Shown in pieces: positions 19,260 through 29,681 of a DNA stretch of 45,073 nt (the stretch's first letter is position 1; every line of letters begins with the position of its first letter). The DNA lies in sequence record SRR20825019_48. One strand, 5' to 3'. The translations under genes and the position numbers were made by a program. The notes under the pieces are model-generated. The model saw only the letters and a program-made list of their open reading frames with translations. It was not told the origin of the DNA and did not search any database.

Positions 19260-20018
19260 CTACATCTCCACTCCTACGGGACAATGATCCGACCCATGAA
19301 TGTCATTCAAAATAAATGCATCTTTCACATTTCCAGAAATGGCTTCAGAAACCAAAAAGTAATCAATTCTCCAGCCTACGTTCTTCGCTCGTGCGCCACC
19401 GCGGTAACTCCACCAAGAATATTTGATTTCTTCGCCGTTGTGCTTTCTAAACGTATCGATGAGTCCGTTTGAAGTGTACGCATCCATTCCATCTATTTCT
19501 TCTTGCATAAACCCAGCTGACTTATTGTAGTTCGCTTTTGGTCGTGCAAGGTCAATTTCCTTATGTGCAACGTTGAAATCGCCACAAACAATTACTGGCT
19601 TTCTCTTTTCAAGCTCTTTTATGTAATTCCTGAAATCCGAATCCCATGTTTGTCTGTACTTTAATCGTCTTAAATCATTTCCTGAATTGGGAACATAGAC
19701 AGTAATCACGAAAAAATCGGCATACTCAGCGCAAATCACTCTTCCCTCTTGATCATGTTCTGCAATTCCCATATCGTACTGCACAGAAATAGGCTCCTGT
19801 CTCGATAAAATGGCCGTTCCAGAATATCCTTTTCGCTCTGCTTCATTTCCATAAATAAAATATCCTTCAACACTTTCGAGCGCTTCTTTTAATTGATCGA
19901 CGCTAGATTTAGTTTCCTGCAAACACAAAACATCTGCATTCATTTTTCCAAGATCATCGAAGAAGTCCTTTTTAGTAATTGCTCTGATTCCGTTTACGTT
20001 AAATGATATTATTCTCAT
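19260..20018 (-). CDS. xth: Exodeoxyribonuclease III / AP endonuclease
   Basis: SFNVNGIRA, LQETK, GDFNVAH, GWRIDY, SDHCP; ATG at 20018. Confidence 0.95.
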   Translation of the reverse strand: MRIISFNVNGIRAITKKDFFDDLGKMNADVLCLQETKSSVDQLKEALESVEGYFIYGNEAERKGYSGTAILSRQEPISVQYDMGIAEHDQEGRVICAEYADFFVITVYVPNSGNDLRRLKYRQTWDSDFRNYIKELEKRKPVIVCGDFNVAHKEIDLARPKANYNKSAGFMQEEIDGMDAYTSNGLIDTFRKHNGEEIKYSWWSYRGGARAKNVGWRIDYFLVSEAISGNVKDAFILNDIHGSDHCPVGVEM

Positions 20019-20046
20019 AGTTTCAATTTTGGAATTTGAAGATAAC

Positions 20047-20076
20047 AAAAAACCCTCCTGAATTTCTCCAAGAGGG
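20047..20076 (-). terminator. Intrinsic terminator after the S8 peptidase gene
   Basis: Minus strand CCCTCTTG/CAGGAGGG stem plus T6. Confidence 0.65.
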
Positions 20077-20099
20077 CGTTGTATTTTAATTTAATCGTA

Positions 20100-22499
20100 T
20101 TAATGTGCGATCACCAATTTTTCGGTTATCACGGTATTTCCTTGCTGATCTTTCAACTGATAGAAATATGTTCCATTTGTAAAATTGGAAACTTCCAGCG
20201 TTGCTTTATTCGCATTAAGTGTAGAAACAGCGATTACTTTTCCAACTACATCTACAACTTCCACCGAAGTAATTTGATCGTTTGAAACTTCAATCGTTAC
20301 GCTGCTCGACGCTGGATTCGGGAATACTTTCACCCAACCTTTGCTAAATTCATCCGTAGATGAAGATGGATCTACAATCGTAACACAGTAGTCTTCAACT
20401 TCTCCATACTGAAATGCTCCACATTGATTCGGAAGTGTGTTTTGACCACCACCTTGGTAAGCCATTAATACACGTAAGCGCGTTGATCCAGGTACCGCGT
20501 TTAATGGAATCGTGATTGATCCTGTTGCTGGATTCTGGTTCGCCGTTCCTTGATCATACACCAATTCTGCAGCGTCTAACGTTCCATTTTGATTGTAGTC
20601 AATCCAAATACGTGTGTATTCGTTGTACGCTGTTCCGCCCCATTCTGGAGTTACAGTGAAATTGTACGTTTGACCTAAAGTTACGCTGATATTGCTAGAT
20701 CCTGTGTAATCTCCAAATCCACCATCATTTCCTGAAGTGTTTGTATACGTCGAAATTACGAAAGACTCGATCCACTCATCCGCGGCGTCTGTTGCATTGC
20801 TTGAACAATAAGGAAGGTCTACACAATTGCCACATCCTGACGTAGAAAAGCTCCCTGTGCTCGTTGAACTACTCATAGATCCACCACCACAATCAGATTG
20901 CATATAGTATTCATACGATGTACATCCAGAAAGTCCAGAAAGATTCACTGGAGAAGTTGCATTTGGAACCGATGTCCATGTTGCAGCACCAACCTCTCTC
21001 CAATAAAGGATAGAAGAAGTTGCTCCAGAAAAGGCGTTAAACGAAATGCTCGCACTGTTCGTAGAAACTGATCCAACACTGATTCCCGAAGGAGGTAAAC
21101 AAACTGAACCTGAACATGCAACTGCCATGAGTTCGTTTAGTGTATTGAAAGAATTTAATCGCCCACCAGTAACAAATCGTGACGCCAATTGAGTTTTAGG
21201 ATCTGTTCCATCCATCAATGCTTGAAGCACTAAATCTGCACCCGCTTGTGGATTATTCATAACAATGGTCATAAAATCGGTACATGGAATTGAATATGCT
21301 AACCCAATCACTCCAGCTGTTAATGGACAAGAAAATGACGTTCCTGTTGTCGTTGTTGTTGAGTTTGTATTTGCAGTAGTTACTACATTAATTCCAGGTG
21401 CTCCGAATTCGATTGTGTTCACTCCATAACCACCTGCTGTATTGTCATTGTTATCTGTTCTTCCAACACCGATCATGTAATCACTTGCACAAGCGGTTGG
21501 CATATCTCCAGCAGTATCAACATTCAAATTAGAGTTAGTTGTTGCCCCTACATTTAAAATCCCGTAAGTTCCAAGTGTATCATAAAATGCACACCAAAGT
21601 GGATAATTATTTGGATTTGCTCCGTCGATTCCCCAAGATGAACTCGTTGCAACAACAAATGCACCTTGTGTTCCTCCTGAATTGTTCCAACGTTGACGCA
21701 TCACTAACGGATACGTGTATGCTTCAATAGCATTGGCTTGGGTACTAATACTGTAATCTCCAACAACCATCAATTTAACATCCCAATTTGCACCAACAAC
21801 CAAAAGTCCATTATCTCCTTTCGCGCCAATCATTCCCAAACAGTTCGTTCCGTGATTTCCTGTACCGTAGTTATCGTTATTCTGCACGGGATTCCATCCA
21901 TCGTAATCATCTACATAACCATTTCCATCATTGTCGATTCCATCATTCGCTATTTCAGCAGCATTGAACCATCTATTTGGGTTTAGATCGTTGTGATCCA
22001 AATTCCCTGATTCAATTAAACAAACAACAATATCATGGTTTGTTGCAGTAGTTCCACCCGTTGTGATGTCCCAAGCTTCATCAGAATCGATATCTGCATC
22101 AACAGTTCCTCCGTTCAAACCTGTATTCTTGTGATGCCATTGTTGAGTAATCAGAGGGTCACCAGGCAACGTTGCGCGCATTTCTATCTTATAATTATAG
22201 TCTGCCACTGATACTTCTGGTTGAGAATAAAACCAGAATTGCATTCCTTCATGTGAGATTGCTTCATCGTCAAACTCAATCATCCAAATTCGCATCGGAT
22301 GTGAAAGTTCTTTTGTGATTTTAACTCCGTATTCCACTGGAGCTCTTTGAGCAAGTTCGCGGATACTGGCATCATCCAACACTTGAATAAGCATTTCACC
22401 TTCTACATAAGGCTTGTTGTCGAAGTGAGTTTTTTGAGCCGAAACGCCCATAGCAAATAATGCACTAAACGCGCACAAGAGTAGTTTTTTCATTTTCAT
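20100..22499 (-). CDS. S8 subtilase with FN3, GEVED and T9SS type A CTD
   Basis: HGTNCLG, GTSFSCP, GEVEDY, VFPNP..GTYFY; signal peptide. Confidence 0.92.
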   Translation of the reverse strand: MKMKKLLLCAFSALFAMGVSAQKTHFDNKPYVEGEMLIQVLDDASIRELAQRAPVEYGVKITKELSHPMRIWMIEFDDEAISHEGMQFWFYSQPEVSVADYNYKIEMRATLPGDPLITQQWHHKNTGLNGGTVDADIDSDEAWDITTGGTTATNHDIVVCLIESGNLDHNDLNPNRWFNAAEIANDGIDNDGNGYVDDYDGWNPVQNNDNYGTGNHGTNCLGMIGAKGDNGLLVVGANWDVKLMVVGDYSISTQANAIEAYTYPLVMRQRWNNSGGTQGAFVVATSSSWGIDGANPNNYPLWCAFYDTLGTYGILNVGATTNSNLNVDTAGDMPTACASDYMIGVGRTDNNDNTAGGYGVNTIEFGAPGINVVTTANTNSTTTTTGTSFSCPLTAGVIGLAYSIPCTDFMTIVMNNPQAGADLVLQALMDGTDPKTQLASRFVTGGRLNSFNTLNELMAVACSGSVCLPPSGISVGSVSTNSASISFNAFSGATSSILYWREVGAATWTSVPNATSPVNLSGLSGCTSYEYYMQSDCGGGSMSSSTSTGSFSTSGCGNCVDLPYCSSNATDAADEWIESFVISTYTNTSGNDGGFGDYTGSSNISVTLGQTYNFTVTPEWGGTAYNEYTRIWIDYNQNGTLDAAELVYDQGTANQNPATGSITIPLNAVPGSTRLRVLMAYQGGGQNTLPNQCGAFQYGEVEDYCVTIVDPSSSTDEFSKGWVKVFPNPASSSVTIEVSNDQITSVEVVDVVGKVIAVSTLNANKATLEVSNFTNGTYFYQLKDQQGNTVITEKLVIAH

Positions 22500-22669
22500 A
22501 AATTTAAGTTCTAGCTGCCTTAAAAATACGGCTTCTATGCTTGCTTCGCAATTCTTAGGGAGGAAAACTTCGTTAACTCTTGGTATTTTAACCGATCTTC
22601 TTGCTTTAACACGCTGCTTTCACACACAAGATAATTCTCTCTTAAATCAAGTCAACCATCTGCTTTTTG

Positions 22670-22677
22670 TACTTTTG
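22670..22677 (+). promoter_or_regulatory. -7 promoter element for the mutS2-like gene
   Basis: TACTTTTG, 21 nt upstream of ATG 22699. Confidence 0.55.
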
Positions 22678-22698
22678 ACCTCGTTTTTAACCGAAACT

Positions 22699-24843
22699 AT
22701 GGCAATTGACGCGCAGACTTTAAAAGATTTAGAATTTGATACCCTTCGAGAATGGCTTTCTGCTTTCGCGATTGGTGAAACTGCGCATGATCGCCTGATT
22801 GATCTCTCCCCGATTGAATCCTTTGAGGAAATCACTACAGAGCTTTCAAAAGTGAATGAATTAAAGGAAATCCGAACGGAAGGAGAACCATTTCCATCGT
22901 TAGATTTTGATGAACTTCTTACGGAAATAAAGTTGATTCCTATTGAAAACGCGTCAATTCAATTGGAAGGTTTCATGCGGATTCATCGTGCTTCGCAATT
23001 AACGAATGCCTTGCTGTATTTCTTCGATAAGCGCGAAAAGGAATATCCGTTGCTTCATGAAATTGTGAATGTCGCGTATTTTACCACAGAGATCATAACG
23101 GCTATTGAGAAAATTTTCGATCGTTTTGGAAACGTAAAGGACGATGCTTCGAAGGAATTATCGGAAATCCGCGATAGAATCAAAACGCTGAGAAAACAGA
23201 TCAATCGAAATTTTGAAAAGGAGGTTAAACGACTTCAGAAGGACAATATTCTCGGAGATACTTCGGAAACCTTTATTAATGAAAGAAGGGTTTTGACGGT
23301 TCTTTCGAATTTCAAACGAAGAATTCCAGGATCTGTGGTTGGCTCAAGCAATACGGGCAATATGACCTACATTGAGCCACAAATCAACGTTGAACTCAAT
23401 AACGAACTGGAATTGGTGTTGGATGATGAGCGAAAAGAGATTTTTAGAATCCTTCAACAACTTCGCAAGGAACTTCGAGGTCATCTTCCACTCATTTCGT
23501 CTTATCAATATGTGATTACGGAAATCGATTTTGTGAATGCGAAATGTAAATTGGCGATTGAACTCGATTGCAGTCTTCCGTCCATTCAGGAGGAACGAAA
23601 TATTGAGTTGATTGACGCATATCATCCGATTCTTTGGAAAGCGAATAAGGCACAGAAGAAAAAAACGCATCCGCAGCAAGTAAAAATGGACAAGTTTTCA
23701 CGTATGTTGGTGATTTCTGGTCCAAATGCTGGCGGAAAGAGTATTACGTTAAAGTCGATTGGCTTAATTCAGCTCATGCTTCAAAGTGGATTGCTGGTTC
23801 CTGTGCACGAGAACAGTAAAATGTGCTTTTTCGAAAGTATTTTGAGTGATATTGGTGATAATCAATCAATCGCGAATGAATTAAGCACATATTCGTATCG
23901 TTTGAAGCGCATGAAATCGTTTTTGGACATCGCGAACAAAAACAGTTTGCTCCTGTTGGACGAATTTGGAACGGGTTCTGATCCGGATTTAGGTGGTGCT
24001 TTGGCGGAGGCTATTTTTGAAGCGTTCTACAATCGCAAATGTTTTGGTGTAATCACTACGCATTACGCGAATATAAAATTGAAAGCCGATCGTCTGAAAA
24101 ATGCGGTAAATGGCTGTATGCTCTTCAATACAGAAACCTTGGAACCGACTTTTCGCTTTTCGGTGGGACAGCCTGGAAGTTCTTTTACGTTTGAAGTAGC
24201 AGAAATCAACGGGATTCCAAAGGAACTGATTGAGGAAGCGAAATTGAAACTCGATTCAAAGAAGGTTGAAATGGATCGTTTGCTCAACGAACTGCACAAG
24301 GAGAAGACGTATTTGGAACGACTCAACAAAGAGCACATTGAAGCCCAGGAAATTGCGCAGAGATCGAAGAATGAATACGACGACAAGCGCGATTTGTATG
24401 AGTATAAGTTGAAACAGATCCGAGAGCAAGCCGAGGAATCGAACAAATATGTTCAATCAGGGAAAAAGCTTCAGTCGTTTGTAAAACGTTACGTCTCCAA
24501 TTCGCGTAAAAAAACGGTGAATGATCCACTTTTGGAGGAAATGCGAAAATACATGGCGATGGAAAAATCCAAGGAGGAAACCGTCGTTCAAAAGGAAAAG
24601 CAAGTTCATGTTGCGAAAATGATCAGCAACGCGACCAATAATCCTAAGAAGAAAAAGAAGCCCGCTCAAAAGGCAAAAGTGGATGAACATCACCGCGAAA
24701 AAATTGTCGTTGGCTCACAAGTGAAGCTAATTGCAACCAAACAGACAGGTGTTGTTGAAGAAATCTCTAAGGATCAAATCACGGTAGCGTTTGGCTTTGC
24801 ACGAATGAAAGTGACGCGAGACAAATTGATGTGGGTGCAATAG
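22699..24843 (+). CDS. mutS2: MutS2-family ATPase lacking the Smr domain
   Basis: LKDLEFD N-terminus, SGPNAGGKS, DIGDNQSIANELSTYS, LLDEFGTGSDP, TTHY, coiled coil, terminal KOW-like domain. Confidence 0.88.
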   Translation: MAIDAQTLKDLEFDTLREWLSAFAIGETAHDRLIDLSPIESFEEITTELSKVNELKEIRTEGEPFPSLDFDELLTEIKLIPIENASIQLEGFMRIHRASQLTNALLYFFDKREKEYPLLHEIVNVAYFTTEIITAIEKIFDRFGNVKDDASKELSEIRDRIKTLRKQINRNFEKEVKRLQKDNILGDTSETFINERRVLTVLSNFKRRIPGSVVGSSNTGNMTYIEPQINVELNNELELVLDDERKEIFRILQQLRKELRGHLPLISSYQYVITEIDFVNAKCKLAIELDCSLPSIQEERNIELIDAYHPILWKANKAQKKKTHPQQVKMDKFSRMLVISGPNAGGKSITLKSIGLIQLMLQSGLLVPVHENSKMCFFESILSDIGDNQSIANELSTYSYRLKRMKSFLDIANKNSLLLLDEFGTGSDPDLGGALAEAIFEAFYNRKCFGVITTHYANIKLKADRLKNAVNGCMLFNTETLEPTFRFSVGQPGSSFTFEVAEINGIPKELIEEAKLKLDSKKVEMDRLLNELHKEKTYLERLNKEHIEAQEIAQRSKNEYDDKRDLYEYKLKQIREQAEESNKYVQSGKKLQSFVKRYVSNSRKKTVNDPLLEEMRKYMAMEKSKEETVVQKEKQVHVAKMISNATNNPKKKKKPAQKAKVDEHHREKIVVGSQVKLIATKQTGVVEEISKDQITVAFGFARMKVTRDKLMWVQ

Positions 24844-24883
24844 TTCTGTCTCTCCCACCCCATCGCGAACTCAGTTTATTCGA

Positions 24884-25960
24884 TTATCGCTGAACATTTC
24901 GGTACAACAAATAGGCAACACCGCCGAAAATGGTATTTGGAACCCATGCTGCGAGATAGGAAGGCATTCCCACATTAACCGCTGCCACTGCCATTACTTT
25001 CATAGCGAAAATGTAAACAAAAATGATTGCCAAACCGAGGGCAATGTTTACTCCAATTCCTCCGCGTTTCTTTCGACTGGCAACGGAGATCCCTATGATA
25101 GTTAGAATGTAGGTAGAGAAGGGCAACGAAGTTCGCTCGTAAAGCACGATTTCATAGGTTGGAACTTTGGAAGATCCTTTGAACTTTTCTCGTTCGATGA
25201 ATTTTTTCAATTCAAAAAAGGTCATGGATTCTGCAACGTTGTCGCGGGTAGCCATTTCTTCCATGGTGAATGAAAATGTCGTATCTAGCTTAAAGCCTTC
25301 TATTAATTCATCGTGTTCTTCACCATAATTGCGAATGAAGTAATTGTTGAGGGTCCACTTTTTTGTTCCTGGTTCACTGGTCGCTGTTTCTGCAACGATT
25401 AATGAAACCATCTCGCCCTTGTCATTCCATTGTTCAACGGTGAACTTACTGACCAAATTTGACTCGGAGGTATAACTCGAAAAATACACCACTTTGTTCC
25501 CTGGGTATTCTGCGTGGTAATCTTCGACGTACATATTGTTCCAATAGTACTTTTCTTCGAAGGTGAGTCGCGTTTTATTGGCATTCGGAACGATGAAATG
25601 ATTCATGATTAGCGCAAGAATCATTAGAATTGTCGCAGCTACCAAATAAGGACGAACGAAGCGTCCAAAGGTTCGTCCACTATTCCAAATTGGAATAATT
25701 TCCGTGTCTTGAGCCATTTTCGATGTAAACCAAATCACCGAAACGAAAATGATCATTGATGAAAACATGTTTGCATATAGCAAGAGAAAATTGAAATAGT
25801 AATCAAACATAATCTGACTTCCACTCGCTCCCATTTCAAGGAATCCGTTCAATTTATCTGCGAGATCGAATACCATAGCAAGTAGCATGATCACTCCCAA
25901 CATGAAGAAGAAGGTGGTCAAGAATTTCTTGATAATATACCGATCAATAATGCTAAACAT
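24884..25960 (-). CDS. LptF/LptG family LPS export permease
   Basis: IIDRYIIKKF start, 3 TM + periplasmic domain + 3 TM, AAWVPN. Confidence 0.9.
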   Translation of the reverse strand: MFSIIDRYIIKKFLTTFFFMLGVIMLLAMVFDLADKLNGFLEMGASGSQIMFDYYFNFLLLYANMFSSMIIFVSVIWFTSKMAQDTEIIPIWNSGRTFGRFVRPYLVAATILMILALIMNHFIVPNANKTRLTFEEKYYWNNMYVEDYHAEYPGNKVVYFSSYTSESNLVSKFTVEQWNDKGEMVSLIVAETATSEPGTKKWTLNNYFIRNYGEEHDELIEGFKLDTTFSFTMEEMATRDNVAESMTFFELKKFIEREKFKGSSKVPTYEIVLYERTSLPFSTYILTIIGISVASRKKRGGIGVNIALGLAIIFVYIFAMKVMAVAAVNVGMPSYLAAWVPNTIFGGVAYLLYRNVQR

Positions 25961-27091
25961 CTATAATCTATTCGTCAATTTTGGAATCATTTGATCTTTC
26001 CAAGTAGAAAAAGTTCCTGCAAGAATGTGTTTTCTTGCTTCCTTAACTAACCACAAATAGAAAGATAAATTGTGAATTGTCGCAATTTGAATTGCCAAAT
26101 TTTCCTTCGCTCGGATCAAATGTCTCAAATACGCCTTGCTATAAACCGCATCTACATACGCCGTTCCGTTTGGATCAATTGGAGAAAAGTCCATTTCCCA
26201 CTTTTTATTCTTAATGTTTATGATTCCCTCAGAAGTGAAAAGCATTCCGTGACGGGCATTTCGCGAAGGCAATACACAATCGAACATGTCTACTCCCATT
26301 GCGATGCATTCCAAAATATTCGCTGGTGTTCCAACTCCCATCAAATAACGCGGTTTTTCTTCAGGTAAAATTGAACACACTAAATCGGTCATTGCGTAAA
26401 GTTCTTCCGCAGGTTCTCCTACTGATAATCCGCCAATGGCGTTTCCTATGGCGTCGTGCGAAGCGATTGTTTCTGCCGATTCCGTTCGTAAATCTTTGTA
26501 CACACTCCCCTGAACAATTGGAAAAAGTGCTTGTTCGTATCCGTATTTCGGTTCTGTTTTATCGAACTGAGTAAAACATCTTTTCAGCCAACGATGTGTC
26601 ATGTGCATGGATTGCTTCGCGTAATCGTACTCGCATGGATACGGTGTACATTCATCGAACGCCATAATGATATCCGCACCGATACTTCGTTGAATGTCTA
26701 TGGCTCTTTCTGGAGAGAAGAAGTGGTAGCTACCATCTATATGCGATTGAAACGTAACTCCTTCTTCGATGATTTTTCGTGCACCCGAAAGTGAATAAAC
26801 TTGGTAACCACCGCTATCTGTTAAAATTGGTCTATCCCAGTTGATAAATTTATGCAATCCACCTGCTCCCTCTAGCACTTCCAACCCTGGACGCAAGAAC
26901 AAATGATACGTGTTTCCAAGGATAATTTGTGCCTCAACCGCTTCCTTTAATTCATGCTGATGCACCCCTTTTACGCTACCTGCTGTTCCAACAGGCATAA
27001 AAATAGGAGTCTCAATTACACCATGATCGGTATGTAGTTCGCCAGCTCTAGCTTTGGTTTTTGTATCTGTAAGGATTCGATTAAAGTGCAT
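25961..27091 (-). CDS. tgt: tRNA-guanine transglycosylase
   Basis: TPIFMPVGT, NTYHL, TDSGGYQ, PRYLMGVG, DMFDCV; ATG at 27091. Confidence 0.97.
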   Translation of the reverse strand: MHFNRILTDTKTKARAGELHTDHGVIETPIFMPVGTAGSVKGVHQHELKEAVEAQIILGNTYHLFLRPGLEVLEGAGGLHKFINWDRPILTDSGGYQVYSLSGARKIIEEGVTFQSHIDGSYHFFSPERAIDIQRSIGADIIMAFDECTPYPCEYDYAKQSMHMTHRWLKRCFTQFDKTEPKYGYEQALFPIVQGSVYKDLRTESAETIASHDAIGNAIGGLSVGEPAEELYAMTDLVCSILPEEKPRYLMGVGTPANILECIAMGVDMFDCVLPSRNARHGMLFTSEGIINIKNKKWEMDFSPIDPNGTAYVDAVYSKAYLRHLIRAKENLAIQIATIHNLSFYLWLVKEARKHILAGTFSTWKDQMIPKLTNRL

Positions 27092-27115
27092 AAATTTGTT
27101 AATAAGTAAACGCCG

Positions 27116-27123
27116 CAAAGATA
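27116..27123 (-). promoter_or_regulatory. -7 promoter element for tgt
   Basis: TATCTTTG on the minus strand. Confidence 0.55.
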
Positions 27124-27167
27124 CACGTATTTAATAAAGCATGCCATATTTGTAGCAAAGTAGGCTT

Positions 27168-28310
27168 ATGTGGAATTATCTTCCAAAATTTGATTTCAGT
27201 GATTTATCGACGTACGTTTTTCTCGGCTTCGCCCTGATGGCTTTTATCCAGTTGATTTACACGCTTTTCATTTTTGGGCGATTGGCTTTTCATTCTCAAA
27301 AAAAGGAAATTCTAAGTGAGAATTTGCCTCCATTGAGTGTTATTATCGCAGCGAGAAATGAATCAGAAAACCTTTTCAAATTCCTTCCTTTTATCTTAGA
27401 ACAAGATTATCCCGAATTCGAAGTGATCATCGTAAATCATCAGTCCATTGACGATTCGAAATATATCCTCAATGCTTATGCGCAGCAATATCCGCACCTC
27501 AAAGTAATTGAAATCGGACGAAGCAAGCACATCAAATTTGGAAAAAAACTCCCTCTTACGCTTGGTATTAAAGGCGCACGTCATGAACATCTGGTTTTCA
27601 CAGATGCGGATTGTAAACCTGCAAGTAATCTTTGGCTTCGGAGTATGGCATTGCGTTTCAATGAGCAAAAACAGATTGTGATCGGTTACGGTCCGTTAAA
27701 AAAGAAAAAGGGGTTTGTGAACAGAATCATTCGATTCGACACAGCTTGGATTGCGATGTCTTACTTCTCCATGGCGAAAGCAAAAATGCCTTTTATGGGA
27801 ATTGGAAGAAACATTGCCTACACAAAATCTGTTTTTAACAGTGTCGATGGCTTCAAATCTCACTACGGATTAGCATCTGGTGATGATGATTTATTCATCC
27901 AAGAAGCGGCAAAAAAAGGAAACTACGCAATCAATCTTGATGAGAATTCTTACTGCCTCTCTCCTACCGCCAAAACCCTTGATGACTGGGCAAAACAGAA
28001 GGCACGACACTACACTACTTCTACAAAATACAAGGTTTTCAAAAAACTAATGTTAGGAATCTACCCGTTCACCTTGTTAGTCATGCTCATTTCCTTTGTT
28101 TCTTTGTTATTCAATCGCGAGTATATTTGGCTCTCCCTGGCCGTCTTTTTGTTGATTCTAATCGTCAAATGGATTATTCTAGGGAAAGCGTTTAAAAAGC
28201 TAAAAGCGAATTCTTATGCGGCTTTCATGCCTATTTGGGACTTGTTTTATGCTATTTGGACACCAATTATGTACTACACCGTGAATAAAAAGGATAACGA
28301 TAAATGGTAG
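27168..28310 (+). CDS. Membrane-bound GT2 glycosyltransferase
   Basis: SVIIAARNE, FTDADC, SGDDDLF, QKARH; flanking TM segments. Confidence 0.9.
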   Translation: MWNYLPKFDFSDLSTYVFLGFALMAFIQLIYTLFIFGRLAFHSQKKEILSENLPPLSVIIAARNESENLFKFLPFILEQDYPEFEVIIVNHQSIDDSKYILNAYAQQYPHLKVIEIGRSKHIKFGKKLPLTLGIKGARHEHLVFTDADCKPASNLWLRSMALRFNEQKQIVIGYGPLKKKKGFVNRIIRFDTAWIAMSYFSMAKAKMPFMGIGRNIAYTKSVFNSVDGFKSHYGLASGDDDLFIQEAAKKGNYAINLDENSYCLSPTAKTLDDWAKQKARHYTTSTKYKVFKKLMLGIYPFTLLVMLISFVSLLFNREYIWLSLAVFLLILIVKWIILGKAFKKLKANSYAAFMPIWDLFYAIWTPIMYYTVNKKDNDKW

Positions 28311-28909
28311 ATCACGATCATCTCTCAGATAAAGCGAAAAAAGACCTTAAATTGGTCAATCAAGCTATTTCGGGCGACCAGAATGCGTATGCTGAATTAA
28401 TGGATCGCTACCGAGAGTCGATTTACTTCATGATGCTGAAAATGGTTAAGAATACCGACGATGCAGATGATTTAACCATCGAAGCCTTCGGAAAAGCATT
28501 TAATCGTTTGAAACAATATTCGCCAAGCTACGCTTTTAGTACTTGGCTCTTCAAAATTGCCTCAAATAACTGTATTGATTTCATTCGTAAAAAACGGATC
28601 AAACTAACTTCAATGGACAGCGGAATCATCACCGATGACGGAGAAAGAGTCTATTTTGACGCAAAAAGCAACACGCTCGACCCAGAAGAAACGATCATGC
28701 ACAACCAAAAAGTAATGCACATGCGTCATTTGGTGAGCAAACTGAAACCAAGGTATCGAATCCTTGTTGAGAAACGTTACTTCGAAGAATTGAGCTACGA
28801 AGAAATTTCTGAAGAACTCGACTTACCGCTTGGAACGGTGAAAGCACAACTGTTTCGTGCACGCGACTTTCTGTCGAACATGATTGAAAATACCAAAGAC
28901 ACTATTTAG
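28304..28909 (+). CDS. ECF sigma-70 factor
   Basis: FSTWLFKIASNNCIDFIRK, LSYEEISEELDLPLGTVKAQLFRAR. Confidence 0.93.
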   Translation: MVDHDHLSDKAKKDLKLVNQAISGDQNAYAELMDRYRESIYFMMLKMVKNTDDADDLTIEAFGKAFNRLKQYSPSYAFSTWLFKIASNNCIDFIRKKRIKLTSMDSGIITDDGERVYFDAKSNTLDPEETIMHNQKVMHMRHLVSKLKPRYRILVEKRYFEELSYEEISEELDLPLGTVKAQLFRARDFLSNMIENTKDTI

Positions 28910-28911
28910 TC

Positions 28912-29541
28912 ATGGACGGAATCGAACTCATTAAAAAGTATTTCCCAGATCTCTCGGAAACTCAACTCAACCAATTCGAACAATTGGGAGGACTTTACGA
29001 TGAATGGAACGCACAAATCAATGTGATTTCCCGAAAAGATACAGATCACTTCTACGAACGTCATGTTTTGCACGCACTCGCGATTAGCAAAGTAATGAAC
29101 TTCGCGGACGATTCTAAAATTCTGGATATCGGAACCGGCGGAGGATTTCCTGGGATTCCTTTGGCAATTCTTTATCCAACATGTGATTTTTTACTCGTCG
29201 ACTCTATCGGAAAGAAGATTAAAGTCGTGAATGAAGTTGCTGCAGCAATTGGACTTACCAATGTTCGCGCTACGCATGACCGCGCCGAAAACATCAAAGA
29301 GCAATTCGACTTCATCGTCAGTAGAGCTGTAACGGCAATGCCTAAGTTCCTCACTTGGACCAAAGGGAAATTTCTGAAAGCGAATAAAAGTCCACTCAAA
29401 AACGGGATTCTTTATTTAAAAGGCGGCGATCTCAAAGAAGAAATGGCCCCTGTAATGAAAGCCGTTCAATATTTCGATATCTCTAATTTCTTTGAAGGAG
29501 AGTTCTTCGAAACTAAAAAAGTGGTTTACGTCCGCAATTAA
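28912..29541 (+). CDS. rsmG: 16S rRNA m7G527 methyltransferase
   Basis: WNAQINVISR, LDIGTGGGFPGIPL, VSRAV, YLKG. Confidence 0.95.
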   Translation: MDGIELIKKYFPDLSETQLNQFEQLGGLYDEWNAQINVISRKDTDHFYERHVLHALAISKVMNFADDSKILDIGTGGGFPGIPLAILYPTCDFLLVDSIGKKIKVVNEVAAAIGLTNVRATHDRAENIKEQFDFIVSRAVTAMPKFLTWTKGKFLKANKSPLKNGILYLKGGDLKEEMAPVMKAVQYFDISNFFEGEFFETKKVVYVRN

Positions 29542-29599
29542 ACTGTTTGATTTTCTTTTTTCGCAGCAGTGTAGATACTCTGAAGCGAGTGGGTAATTA

Positions 29600-29679
29600 G
29601 TGGGCTTCGACTCCGCTCAGCCCACAGTTTCCTTTGATTAACGGAAGTAGAAGTGTGCATTGAGCGGAGTCGAAATGCA
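29600..29679. repeat. Inverted pair of REP-like palindromes
   Basis: GTGGGCTTCGACTCCGCTCAGCCCAC (29600-25) and TGCATTGAGCGGAGTCGAAATGCA (29656-79) share the core TTCGACTCCGCTCA in opposite orientation. Confidence 0.8.
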
Positions 29680-29681
29680 AC

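Noticed and set aside
19089-19472. 127-aa plus-strand ORF
   Set aside because: Overlaps xth antisense and the parDE promoter; no recognisable motifs.
22537-22698. N-terminal extension of MutS2 in the ORF track
   Set aside because: Family similarity starts at MAIDAQTLKDLEF and a -7 promoter element lies inside the extension.
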